Counted from the first letter of the whole stretch, positions 38,688-52,514 are shown. The stretch is 62,877 nt of DNA, filler included, from Basidiobolus ranarum (GCA_040143965.1; 28 parts of 28 records of this genome joined end to end with filler, not necessarily neighbours in it); one strand, 5' to 3'. Notes: generated by a model not told the origin, from the sequence alone. A program made the numbers and translations.

Positions 38688-39841
38688 TTACTTACCATTA
38701 TAAAATTGTCAAGTTAGATTTGCTTTTAATCAATTTTTTCAGTTTCAGGAGTGAAATTTCAAGATCTTGCAAAATAGTTGCACATGATTGGCTACAATCT
38801 TGGCAAACAATAGATCAACACATGCGCAAGAAACAAACCTCAAATCTTACACATTAATCACTTGAACACTAATATGTCACCTTTGAAATTCCTAGTTTCT
38901 TTGATACATTCTCCTGAATATTTTTATAGAGTTCTTCATACCCAAGGTTTAGCTCATATCCAACACAAGTTTGTATCAATATCTCCATCAAAGGCCACCA
39001 TTGTATTAACATTGCTGAATCATCATTCTTTAAGCTATCTGGCAGATACTCTGCAATATTGTGCCACTCTGTATTAAGTACTCCTCAAGCACTTTTACTA
39101 TTTTTATATGTCCCTGTAGTGTGACACTACTGAGGGTGCTTTGTGGTGTTTGTGTGGCTTTTTGCTTGCCTTTAACTTTGGGGCTAATTTCAACACTTTG
39201 AAAAGTACCAGTTGAGGTTGGAGAGCTATGAGTTTTGTTTGCTGCTGTTTTGGCTTGTTGAGAGGTGCTAGGTGTTGGATAAACATGTGAATTTAGCACT
39301 CTTCCAACTGGTGTACCTGGTTCCATGGTGAAAATAAGCTTTTTTGCAAATATATCTGACTCTGGAAATGCAGATCTTTGTAATAGTGTGAAGAATTTGG
39401 TAAGCAGGACAGTAGAGCCTAAACTCACTGGTTCCTTTGCATTTCCCTTGGGTTCACTAACTTCCTGCTCCTTGAGTGCTTCTTTAGCTGCTTTTCTTTT
39501 GTATCCAAGTTGATAATTGTGTACACATTTGAGATGTTTCATGAATAGGCCTATACTAGCCCAATTGACATTTGCTTGCAAAAACCCAGGATAAGTGACA
39601 TGAAATAAGTCAAGAATCTTCAGCATAACACCTGGTTTTGGGTTTTTCCATGATTGGCTCAAATCAAGGTGATTTTGGGCAAGATTCCACACAGTTTCCA
39701 AAATGTTGTACCACTCATCATCAGAGCAATAGATGGCAGCTCTAACATTCAGAGTCTTTTGGTTTGCCAGTTTTCCTATGAGATTTCTACTTTCATGTGC
39801 CCTAGCAATTTCAGGTTGTTGTGTGGGCTTAATGGTCCAAC
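38688..39841 (-). mobile_element. CACTA-like ORF2 (longest open piece 39030-39841) and 3' region
   Basis: About 270 aa of open frame, homologous to several other copies in the window. Confidence 0.8.
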
Positions 39842-40444
39842 TGTTGGAGGATCTTGACATAATGGGGGTAGACTTTGAGTATTAGAAGTGACTTATGATA
39901 GTGTGTTTTAGTTAATTTTTTCTTAAGAGTATGTGTGACTTATATAGTAGAAAAGTAAATCAATTGTTTAAGATATTCAGGAGTTTGTGCAATAAGATAT
40001 AATAAATAAGTGGGGTTAATAAGACATACTTGTTATATAGATATGGAGATATTCCTATTTCAAATGTAGGGGCTATAGATAAGTTGCTTTCTGTTTCTGG
40101 TACATGTATCATAACTAAAGTTAACTATGATGTTGAATAAAGATTAATTATCCAACAACTTCCCTTAATCCTTATTCCGCATTGTGCTTATATACACTAA
40201 TGCTTATTCCTGCTCTTAACTTCTCAAAGCTTGAAGTTTTGAGTGGTTTTGTTAGTATATATGAAAGCATGTTTTCAGTATTACAATAAATAAAGTTCAC
40301 TCCTTTGTCTTGAGCTTTCTCTTGTATAAAATAATGTCTTATGTCAATACGTTTCATCCTTGAGTGATGCTCAGTATTCTTGGTGATCTGAATACAACTA
40401 ATATTATCTTGATATATTGGGGTAGGATTAACTTGATCATATCC
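39842..40444 (-). mobile_element. Copia family C RNase H end, PPT and 3' LTR (39842-40157)
   Basis: KRIDIRHYFIQE..ILTKPL, stop, GGATTAAGGGAAGT, then TGTTGGATAA...CCTCCAACA. Confidence 0.88.
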
Positions 40445-40544
40445 NNNNNNNNNNNNNNNNNNNNNNNNNNNNNNNNNNNNNNNNNNNNTTAATTAATTAA
40501 NNNNNNNNNNNNNNNNNNNNNNNNNNNNNNNNNNNNNNNNNNNN

Positions 40545-41435
40545 TGATGTAATGCAATGGGTTAAGGAAACTCCAGAGTATATTAACCTTGCAACAAAAG
40601 GCTCTTTTCAACTTGCTCACAGGTTTTCACATTGTTTGAGCACAATAACACAAACAAAGCCCAATCCATGGACACACAGCAAGTACCACTATAATTTTGA
40701 CCAATATGTTGGCATGATAATTGGATGGTATTTTTAGGAAAGCAGCAAGTCACACTTCTTGGTGAGATAGATCAAGGTATGCAGTATTATTGTTTTAGGC
40801 ATGACGTAATCTATTCAAGTAATGACACATCCAATTGTGGCAGGACATTTGTTGACCGCTAGTTAGGGATATATGGACAGAATTCTTTACAGAAATTTGC
40901 CAAAATCCAAGAGCTTATTCTTATTGTGAATGGGAACAAGAGTCAGCTATTTGCCAAGTGGCGGTGCTATTCAAAATTTCAGATGTTTAGCAATTTTCTA
41001 TCATTAGTTTGCTGGTAATGCACATTGATGTTGTTGAGTTATGTCTAATCAGGCAAATATGTGCATATGTAGAGACTCAACACAACAAGATTCTTGTATT
41101 TTTTGATTCTCATTATGGCTTGAATACAAAGCTAAAAATATCTAAGTACAGGCATGCATATTAATTCAAATTCCTACAGAAGTAAGCCCAGTAATTTGGC
41201 ATTCCAAATTAGATTTCTGCAAAAATTTGCCAGATATTAAACAACACATGCCAAATTTGAGGATCCATATTTAGCATGTATGAATACCATCAAAACACCA
41301 TCAGGAAACTGCCATCACACCATCAAGATCCCTGGTGAAATGCAAGCCACCAATATTGTGATGGTTCTCTGATGGTTTTGCTATTTCAGAGGGTGGATCT
41401 GATCTGGATCAAATCAATGTTATTTTTGTTAGGGG
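40545..41435 (+). mobile_element. CACTA transposase 3' region running to the right TIR
   Basis: Continues the 52883-53452 protein (VMQWVKETPE); ends TTTTTGTTAGGGG. Confidence 0.85.
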
Positions 41436-42690
41436 TCAGTGTTACCAAAACTTTCAGGCAAATCACAGCCAGTGGACTCAGTGGGCCAAGCTGAGGCTGA
41501 TTTGTGCACTTGTTACTGTTGATATTCACCAGGCTATGTGCAGCTATTGACTCTGTACAGTGACTGTGCTTGTGATTGTTTTTTCTGTTGAAACCTCTGG
41601 CTTTCATAGCATAAGAATATGTGACAATAATTGCACGTCTTGTTTAAACATTTGTGTTGTGGCTAGAGAAGGATGTTGTAGCAAAAAGAACACTTCCAAC
41701 ATTAGGGTGGTATTTCAGGTATAGCCCATCAATATCATCAGCTGATTGTGTGATGGTGTCACAGAAGAGTCAGCAGGGGATTTAAAAGATATTTCTGGCA
41801 ATGGAAGGCAATTTTGGCTTTTATATGCTGTTTTGAATTAATTTGATTATGCTAAGTTTTCCATATGAAACTTTCAATTCCATTCAAAATCTAAATTAAA
41901 ATTGGCTTCCAAGCAAAAGCCAGCTGGCACAAAAGGAAAAAAACCAGCACAAACAGAGTACTTAATTGATCAGCAGCTTAGCAATCCACTATCCACTTTG
42001 GAAGGCATTAACATGTCAGAAACTAACTCAAGTTATGATGAAACATTAATCAATTCAGCAGATGTGTTCCTTTCCAGTGATAGCACAAGTGAAAAGATTG
42101 TAATACTCCAATTACATAGTATATCAATAGTTGAGTAAAGTTCAGCTGATATACCATTGAGACAAGCAGCTTTCAAAATAGTTACTTTGCCAACTTTTCA
42201 ACAACCCTATGCAGAAAATTTGGATAGAATTATTACAACAAGGGAATTGCAGGCATAACATTATAATGATTTGTATGTAACATAAGCAAAACTACAAAGT
42301 TGTTCTACAGGCGATTACAAGCAGTAATGCTACAATATCACAATGAATTCAGAGTTCTGCAGCAACCAGTCAATAGTTAGAGAGTCACTCAATAATGATA
42401 CAAGATCTTCAGAATGCTGAACTTGAGCTATAGCAATATGCTGCTCCCTCCATCCATGCTAATATGGGATTTCAATCAATCCCTCAGCATACATATGAAC
42501 AACACCATGACAATCTAGCAGAGCAGAATTTGTGTTAGACCATTGAACCTGTGCACTGACCAAAAATTGCTAGGGCACATGAAAGTAGAAATCTCATAGG
42601 AAAACTGGCAAACCAAAAGTCTCTGAATGTCAGAGATGCTATCACTTGCTCTGATGATGAGTGGTTTAACATTTTTGAAACTGTGTGGAA
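41436..42690 (-). mobile_element. Central part of a second CACTA copy: putative transposase N-terminus (minus) and divergent ORF2 start (plus, ~41902)
   Basis: Reverse complement of about 54940-56155. Confidence 0.78.
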
Positions 42691-43336
42691 NNNNNNNNNN
42701 NNNNNNNNNNNNNNNNNNNNNNNNNNNNNNNNNNTTAATTAATTAANNNNNNNNNNNNNNNNNNNNNNNNNNNNNNNNNNNNNNNNNNNNGGAACTGAGC
42801 AGTAAATAATCCAAGGGATCTGGTTTTTTTATTATTAAAATACAATTCGCTTTAGGTTCATTCTTTTCTGGGCTTACATTCAGCTTTGGATAAGAGTTAA
42901 AAGTGGAACTAAATTCAAGGGAGCTATACGAGAAAGTGGAATGAGAAAGAATGTCGCGAGAACCAAATGATATTGAGAAAGTAGGTTAGGAACAAGGTCA
43001 AATAGATTTTTTTCAAACGGCATTTTTAAAAGGGAACACTTTAGGAGGGGAGGTTTTGAAGGTGACTCGATAACAAGGAAATATTCCTTCAAATAAACCA
43101 CCATACTAGATGAAAAAACCTCCTTCCTTACATAGTATGTAAACCAAAAGAAGTTCCGTTCAACAGAATATATTCGAAAGCAGTAAACATAAGCGAGACC
43201 AAGGTGAAGGTGATAGTTAGGAAGAAGAGGGAACCTAAAATCTGTTTCATTAGAGCGGTTTGACTTTTGCAATACTAAAATACTCCGATATGGTTGAAAA
43301 GTAACCCGCTCCAAGCTACACTCATGAAACATACGT

Positions 43337-43876
43337 TTAACTGGAAGAGGCAGGTGACTCTTCGATCCAGGACTTTTCCACTGTTTCACGAACACGACGA
43401 ATGTATTCTTTACGGTTCTCTCTGTAAAGCTGAGCAGCCTCAGCATTAGCTGGACTGTTAGGATTTGGATCGTTGAACAAGCTTTGGATGGAGGTTAAAA
43501 TGGCCGAAACATCGTATGTAGGACTCCATCTATTTTGAAGGATATCCAAACATAATTCCCCATTGGCATACACGTTAGGATGAAACATGGTGGAAATAAA
43601 CTTCACAACTGGAGGTTTGTTTGGATAACTTTCGTCGAATTGAAGTACAAGTTTAAAAGTACCATCTTCAAATGGAGTATCCACTAAAGGGTCAGCTAAA
43701 GGTGAGTACATAGTCAAGTATTGAAATAGTCATTAGCTTTATATACCAGGGCCAAAAATAACCGCATTCCATATCATGATGTTATCCGAACAAGGAGCAC
43801 CAAATACACCGCCAGGGGGATCTTGTTGGAGACGCTTAAAATCTCTCATAAGACGACGACGAGAGGGTGTAGACAT
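43337..43876 (-). CDS. RAD6: Ubiquitin-conjugating enzyme E2 Rad6/Ubc2; exon 1 43876-43747, exon 2 from 43683 (or 43695) to 43337
   Basis: [21 protein letters not shown]...WNAVIFGP | DTPFEDGTF...[26 protein letters not shown]. Confidence 0.97.
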
Positions 43877-44581
43877 TGTGAGGTAGGTGTGTTTGCAATA
43901 GGGAAGTAGCTAAACTAACTTGACAAACGAAGCAAAAAGACGAGAACAAAAGGGAAGAAAAGCTCTAATATTAATAGAAAGAATTTATAAATTCAAAAAG
44001 GAATAGGGGTGGGGCTTGAGGGAAATGAGAAAGAATAAGAGAGAACAAAAATCAAGAAATTCATATATACCAGATCATATTGGTGGATCAACTTAACTAA
44101 GATCATCCATTTTAGCGCAGTACTTTGTTGGATACTAACCGCAATAAATGAATGCAACATTCATGATGTCACGGTTATGGATCGCGTCTCGTGACTACGA
44201 TTGTTTTCTACAAAGAAGTGCGATCTGCAAATAATACAGTGTTTCGGTGAGTGTGTGCGTGTGATACTGTCCCTATGCGTGGTATTGTTTTAATCAAATT
44301 CAGAAGTTTGTACCGATCATATCTGAGTAAATTAAGCAATGTAAGTAACGAATAGATATAGCGTATGTAACTTATGCTCCTTAGATTGCCACTTGAGTGT
44401 GTTACATTGTCAGTTTGGAGAGTGCAGTATGCTTGCATATATTTCCGAGTCACTTCATTCTATATACCTATCTTGTAAGCTATTAACCATTTTAAACAAC
44501 CAGCTAGATAAGTGCTAAATGATTCAAAATAGCTATTGTAAAGCTAGTTCATGGAAAAAAAGCTAGAGAGCTGTTTGATTT

Positions 44582-44935
44582 TTATTTAGAAGGTGGATAA
44601 GGGGCTGTGGGGTTTCGAGGAGGATACGATGTGTCACTTGGTGGATATCCTGCATTTTGAGGTGGAGAGGAAACTCTTAATGGTGGTGATTGGTTGGAAG
44701 GGGTTTTGTTTGGTGGGTAGCCTGAGCCTCCTTGCGGCGGATAGCCTGAGTTTCCTTGCGGGGGATAGCCCGAGCCTCCTTGGGGTGGGTATCCCGAGTT
44801 TCCTTGAGGAGGATAACCGGAACTTCCTTGTGGTGGATAGCCTGCATCTTTCTTTGGTGGGCCTGAGCCTGCTTGTGAGGGATAACCTGAAGCTCCCTGT
44901 GGGGGATAACCCGAACCGCCTTGTGGTGGATAGCC
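44582..44935 (-). CDS. C-terminal GYPPQGxS octapeptide-repeat tail of an unknown protein (5'-truncated)
   Basis: Open frame GYPPQGGS GYPPQGAS GYPSQAGS...GYPPQGNS...RNPTAPYPPSK*. Synonymous third-position variation among the 24-bp repeats shows this strand is coding. Confidence 0.85.
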   Translation of the reverse strand, partial: GYPPQGGSGYPPQGASGYPSQAGSGPPKKDAGYPPQGSSGYPPQGNSGYPPQGGSGYPPQGNSGYPPQGGSGYPPNKTPSNQSPPLRVSSPPQNAGYPPSDTSYPPRNPTAPYPPSK

Positions 44936-45110
44936 TNNNNNNNNNNNNNNNNNNNNNNNNNNNNNNNNNNNNNNNNNNNNTTAATTAATTAANNNNNNNN
45001 NNNNNNNNNNNNNNNNNNNNNNNNNNNNNNNNNNNNATATGATGTCATTATCAAATAATAGAAGAGTTCCATATGCAGAGGATCAGTATGCCAAGATCAG
45101 AATCATGACA

Positions 45111-45760
45111 TAAGCCTAAGATTATATTGCTAAATGGGATCAGCTGCAGTCAGAGATTTGCATTAGGCACTATATGTAGACTGCAGGTCAGGGATATTTT
45201 AGCTCAATCACTTATGAAATTAGCCTAAATCCAAGAGCTTATTATCATAGTAAACAGTAACAAGAGTCAGCTATTCACCAAGTGTTAGTGCTATTCAAAA
45301 TTTCATTTGTTTAGCAATTTTTCTACCATTAGTGTGCTGTTAAAGCATATTGATATTGTTGATTTACATCTGATCAGTCAAGTATGTGCATATGTGGAGA
45401 TTAAACACAACAAGATTCTTGTGTTTTTAGATTCTCATTATGGCTAGAATACACAGCCTAAAATAACTAAATAAAAGCATGTACATTAATTCAAATTTCT
45501 ATAGCAGTAAACTCAGTAGTTTGGCATTTGATAATTAGATTTTTGCAATGATTGCTGGAAATTAAAAAGTTCATACCAAATATGATGATCAATGTTTTAA
45601 TATGCAGGTATACCATCAAACTGCTGTGAAGAAGCTGCAATCTCATCATCAAAATCCTTGGCAGCATATAAGCCTCCACTATTGGGATGGTTCTCTGATG
45701 GTTTTGCAATACAGCAGGGTGAATCTGATCTGGATCAAATCAATTTAAATCTTGTCAGGC
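45111..45760 (+). mobile_element. CACTA fragments, including the right-end region
   Basis: Homologous to the reverse complement of 19370-19440 and to 40890-41435. Confidence 0.7.
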
Positions 45761-45991
45761 ATATAGAAAGAAGAATACTAGTAAAATGAAGCAGTACAGT
45801 GGCAAACATCAACTTGGGGAAATAGAGAACTTTGTCCTGATACTGGAAGGATAGCACATTAGTTACCATGCAGTGCTGAGATCAAGGTACTTAGTGACAT
45901 ACATTTTATGGTTGAAGATGAGCCTGCTAGAGTTTTTGAAAAGCAGTGAGAAGTGATTTTCAAAATTAGTTCTTTTGGAGATTTCCCACAT

Positions 45992-46900
45992 TAGACTTGT
46001 TCCATCAGACCAGGTCAGATCATGCCACTTGATCCAGCCTGCTAATACACCATCTGGCGCAATCTGTCAATTACCATGGCTGGGTCTTATGACACTTGAT
46101 TGGACACTATAAGGAACAATATGGCACTATCCCACCACAATTGGACACAATGATTTTTTTGGAGATAGCTTGCCAGCCCATACCAAGTTACCCAATTTAG
46201 TATTGCCGAGTTACGGTTTTGGGTAACAGAAAAAGTAAGTTCATCCCCTAGTTTGTAACTTACAAATTACTGAATGTGTAACAATAAAAATTTATACTTT
46301 AACTTGCCCAATCAAATGTATAACCAAGAAATTCACATGTTTTTAGGCCAATCATTTGTCCCTCATGCACACAGTATCCTGACTTTCAATTGGGCACAAC
46401 AGCTCCTGCATTACACAACACCAGTAGTTTAGCACACTGGTGACAAATCACAGAACTTGATGATGGATCAATCTGCAGTATGATAGTAGTGATCAGGATC
46501 GCTTGATTCATCATTTTTAGATCAGCAAATTATTCATTCAATCATGTAAGCTTCTAATTGGGTGAAAATGTGAACAGATTGAGCCATATTGAGCCAATAC
46601 GGCTGCGCAAGCTTTTTATTGACAGACATTTTTCATGTGATTGTAGTGAAATTGCTTGTATTAATAGGCTATTATGGATTTTTTTGATATATGACAATTT
46701 CACACTATCAGTGTTTCATGAACACATAGGCAATTGTGCTCTAACTAAAGAAATTTATGCTATATTTAACTACAATCCATATCCATTTTGCATGAAGTGC
46801 TAAACAGTAAAGATAGGATAATGGAAGTATTAATAAGGGTATTTAGCAGTTGCCTAGGTTTGAAGCAGTACATGCTGATTTGCTTCTGTTACTTTTGTTT
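45992..46900 (+). mobile_element. hAT-like element end 2 and internal degenerate sequence
   Basis: TAGACTTGTTCCAT TIR; the first ~100 bp match 58285-58396. Internal extent uncertain. Confidence 0.55.
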
Positions 46901-47281
46901 TCTCCTTGATATTTCCATGGGTATCTGCTGTGCCATCCCTTCTTGGCAATCTGGTGTCAGCTCATCTATATTACCTTGTATGAAAGTCATATTCTTTGGA
47001 ACATTCCATGAAACCTAACCAATCATGTCATCCCACACATGGTGTATTTCCGCCAAGATCTTCTATGGAAGTTCACCTGATCATCCTTACATCATTCCTC
47101 TTTGTATTGGTCCTTGTAATTCCCAACACCCTGACTCTTGAACTTACCACAGTATATTCCCTATTCAGTATATTAGACTTGNNNNNNNNNNNNNNNNNNN
47201 NNNNNNNNNNNNNNNNNNNNNNNNNTTAATTAATTAANNNNNNNNNNNNNNNNNNNNNNNNNNNNNNNNNNNNNNNNNNNN

Positions 47282-48605
47282 TATATACTTTTAAGGATGT
47301 ACTACATGTTCCAGATTTTGCCAAGAATTTAATATCTATATGTAAGGCCACCTCAGAAGGCCTAAAATTTAATTTTGATAGATCAGGATGGACCATCACT
47401 GATCAAAATGGGAATTATTTAGCTTTGGGAGAAAAGGATCAGAACTTATACATACTTACATATGATCCAAGAGGTTTATGTGTAAATATAAGTTATTCCA
47501 AACCAGAAACTATTCAATTAAGGCATAAGAGGTTTGGCCATATTGGATTTGATTTTTTGAGCAAAATGATCAAAAATTGCCTAATTTCAGGAATTCAAAT
47601 TAACCCCCAACCAAGATGGAAATTTGTGAGGGTTGTATATATCAAAAACAAGCCAGGCAACCATTCAAGAGCTCTGGTTCAATCAAATCTGTCAAAAAAT
47701 TGTATCTAATTCATTCAGATTTGTGTGGACTTATGCAAAATTTATCTTTAGGTGGAAAAGAATATTTAATCACATTTATTGATGCTTATACAAAATACAC
47801 TTGGGTCTACTTTATGGAAAGAAAAGAAGAAGCTCTCTCTATCTTTAGAGATTTTAAAACACTTGTAGAGACTGAAACTGGAACAAAAATCAAGAAAATG
47901 CATACTGATAATGGTGGAGAATATGCTTCAACACTATTTCAGCACTTTAGCAAAGTTCATGGAATTAAGCAAGAAACTACTGCCTCTTATTCACCTCAAC
48001 AAAATGGAGTTGCTGAAAGTGCTGATAGGACTATAATAGGAATGGCAAGATATATGCTAAATGCACAAAACTTATCTCACAACTTTTGGGCATAATCTAT
48101 TGCTACAGCTGTATATCTGAAGTATAGGAGTTTTACTAAAAGTCTGCCTAACCCTACACCATATCATGCTTGGTTTGCAGTTATACCTGATGTAAAACAT
48201 TTGAGGATCTTTGGATGCATTGCTTCTGTTAAAATTATGACCAAAAATTGGTCTAAATTTGATCCAAAAAGTAAGAAACACATATTTCTGGGTTATTATA
48301 CTCAAACAGAGTCCTACAGACTCTATGATACCAATATTTTCAAGTTAATCAAGTTCAGGGACATTTTGTTAATGAAAATGAAAAATCTTCACCCAAAATG
48401 ACCACAGATGATGATAAAAATCAATTTTCTCCTGATCCAATCACTCAAATTGAATCAAACCAATACAATGAAGAAAATAGCATTCCTCTGGATCCTTCAA
48501 CCAAGATTTTGCCTACTGAAGTGCTCAATACAATGCCAGCGGTTATAGTACCTTTCTCCCAAACCTGGAGATCAAATTGGATCAGAAATAGCCTTGATTA
48601 CTATA
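47282..48605 (+). mobile_element. Copia integrase (rve), degenerate
   Basis: LIHSDLCG, FIDAYTKYTWVYF, MHTDNGGEY, YSPQQNGVAE and KFDPKSKKHIFLGY motifs. Confidence 0.92.
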
Positions 48606-49426
48606 CCCTAACAGAAATTTAAGGATTGTTATTGTAGGAAAACCATCACAATTTTAATCCATTTGGGATTGACCATTTATTTACTGTCATAAAAGTGTCA
48701 AGTTAGATTTGATTTTAATCAGTTTTTTCAGTTTCAGGAGTGAAATTTCAAGATCTTGCAAAATAGTTGCACATGATTGGCTACAATCTCAGAGAACTAT
48801 GGATCAACACATGTGTGAAAAACATAACTCAAATTTTACACTATTACCACTTGAATCCTAATTTTTCACCTTTGAAATCCCTAGTCTCTTTGATATATTC
48901 TCCAGAATATCTTTATAGAGTTCTTCATACCCAAGGTTTAGCTCATACCCAACACAAGTTTGTATCAATATCTCCATCAAAGCCCACCATTGTATTAATG
49001 TTGCTGAGTCAACATTCTTCCAGCTATCTGGTGGATACCTGGCAATATAGTGCCACTCAGTATTTTCAGTTCTTACCAGATATCTGCACAGTCAACACCA
49101 GACTGAATGTCATATTGAATGTTCTTCTTCTGAAGCCACTTTCTGCACACTTGCACTGCCTTTTTCCTATTGGGAAAATATGGGCTGTTTGGAGGAACTT
49201 TAGAAAAATGGAGTTGTGATTAGTTTGTGAGATAATTGTTTATTTTCCAGAAATAAAGCATTTATACCCCTAACAGAAATTTGAGGATTGTTATTGTAGG
49301 AAAACTGTCACAATTTCCATTTGGGATTGACTGTTTACTTACCATCATAAAATCGTCAAGTTAGATTTGATTTTAATCAATTTTTTCAGTTTCAGGAGTG
49401 AAATTTCAAGATCTTGCAAAATAGTT
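48606..49426 (-). mobile_element. CACTA left end (48606-49167), LTR D 3' end (49168-49266) and a second CACTA left end (49267-49426)
   Basis: CCCTAACAGAAATTT at 48606, CCCCTAACAGAAATTT at 49267, and TATTGGGAAAATATGGGC at 49168. Confidence 0.82.
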
Positions 49427-49526
49427 NNNNNNNNNNNNNNNNNNNNNNNNNNNNNNNNNNNNNNNNNNNNTTAATTAATTAANNNNNNNNNNNNNNNNNN
49501 NNNNNNNNNNNNNNNNNNNNNNNNNN

Positions 49527-50711
<1,185 letters not shown>

Positions 50712-51670
50712 ATGTGCCAAATCCCCAAGACTCAGAAAGCTGCTGTCATTGAATCTCACGAGAAGCCAGTTGAGATTAAGACTATCTCCGTCCCTACTCC
50801 TGGACCTGATGATGTACTTGTCAAGATTGAATATACCGGTGTTTGCCACACTGATCTCCATGCCGCTGAAGGTGATTGGCCTATCCCTACTAAGCTTCCT
50901 TTGGTTGGTGGTCACGAAGGTGCCGGTAGAGTTGTTGCCCTTGGTAACAACGTCAAGGATCTTAAGATTGGTGATGCTGTTGGTGTTGTCTGGCTTCACT
51001 CAGCTTGTATGACCTGCGAATACTGCATCCAAGGTCGCGAAACTGTCTGCCCTAACCAACATATGTCTGGCTACAGTGTTGATGGTACTTTCCAAGAATA
51101 TTGTGTTGCTCGTGCCTCTCACGTTGCTCGTATTCCTGATAACCTTCCTCTCATTGAGGCTGCTCCTATCCTTTGTGCTGGGGTCACTGTCTACAAGGGT
51201 CTCAAGGAAACTGAGGTTCGTTCAGGTCAATTCATCACCATCGTTGGTGCTGGTGGAGGTCTTGGTCACTTGGCCATTCAATATGCTAAGGCTATGGGTA
51301 TGAATGTTGTTGCTGTCGATACTGGCGATGACAAGAGAAAGATGTGTGTCGAAGAACTCGGGGCTGACTACTTTGTTGACTTCATGAAGGATGATGTTGT
51401 TGCCACTGTCAAGAAGGTTACTGATGGTGGATCCCACGGTGTCCTCCTCTTGTCTCCTGCCGAGAGACCTTTCCAACAAGCTGTTGACTATACCCGTCGT
51501 TGGGGTACTGTTGCTTGCATTGCCCTTCCCGCTGGTGCTAAGGGCACCTTCCCTGTCTTCGATCTTGTTCTCCAACGTCTGACCATCCGTGGTTCGATTG
51601 TTGGTAACCGTCAAGATCTTGCGGAGGCCCTTGACTTTGCTGCTCGTGGTAAGGTTAAGTGTCACTACAA
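50712..51670 (+). CDS. ADH1: Zn-dependent alcohol dehydrogenase (yeast ADH1-type), 3'-truncated
   Basis: GVCHTDLHA, GGHEGAG, structural-Zn Cys cluster, APILCAGVTVYK, GAGGGLGHLAIQYA and GSIVGNRQD. Strong codon bias. Confidence 0.96.
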
Positions 51671-51770
51671 NNNNNNNNNNNNNNNNNNNNNNNNNNNNNN
51701 NNNNNNNNNNNNNNTTAATTAATTAANNNNNNNNNNNNNNNNNNNNNNNNNNNNNNNNNNNNNNNNNNNN

Positions 51771-52514
51771 TTGTCTGAGAAAGAGTCTATTAGCAAGACA
51801 CTTTGCTTCATAACACTCTTCCAATAGAGTCCAAGCTTGATGGGAAGGCTTTGCATATTGAATATTCACAAGTTGTGAATCCTTCAAACTTTGACATGTG
51901 ACATTAAAAGCCTTCATGTCTCTTTTCTTGTAAGCTTCCAATAAGTAAGGGTCAGAAGGTTCCTTTTTATCACCAGAGTCTACATCCCAAAGCTCCCTGT
52001 CTTCCAGCATGAATTTCATCTTGAACTTCCAGAAGTTGTAATTTTCTCCATCAAGCTTTTCAACTTTTGAGTTAAAAAAAGTGGTAGTAGTGGTTTCCGT
52101 CATGCTGTAAAGGTTGGAAAACTAGGCTCATAACCTATTGAGAAAATATGGGCTGTTTAGAGGAACTTTAGAAAAGTGGAGTTGTGAATTGCTCTGTGAG
52201 ATAATTAATTTGTTTTCCAGAAATAAAGCATTTGTACATTTTGGTGGAAATACAGAAAGGTAACACTGGGGTTGTGTTCAGAACATCTGTGGGAGTAAAA
52301 TGAGCTATGTTTGGAGCAATTTGGACAAGTTTGAAATTTGCAATATGGAATTGCTAATTCTCACATTATTCACATATATATATAATATATATTCTACTTT
52401 TCAGCTAAGTGATATTTGACCAAGTAATGTTAACTAATTTATATGTGCTATATGAAATAGTTAGGTGTATAAAGATAGATATAACAAATATGATAAAGAC
52501 AATAAACTCCAACA
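51771..52514 (-). mobile_element. Copia family D 5' LTR (52136-52514), PBS (52125-52135) and open gag (52103 to contig edge)
   Basis: KLDGENYNFWKFKMKFMLEDRELWDV. The reverse complement reads ...TTCTCAATA GGTTATGAGCC. Confidence 0.92.

Noticed and set aside
42880-43446. 188-aa minus-strand ORF overlapping the RAD6 end
   Set aside because: It is an alternative frame running into a pyrimidine-rich 3' UTR, with no motif.
44593-44988. 131-aa plus-strand ORF
   Set aside because: It is antisense to the GYPPQ-repeat CDS.
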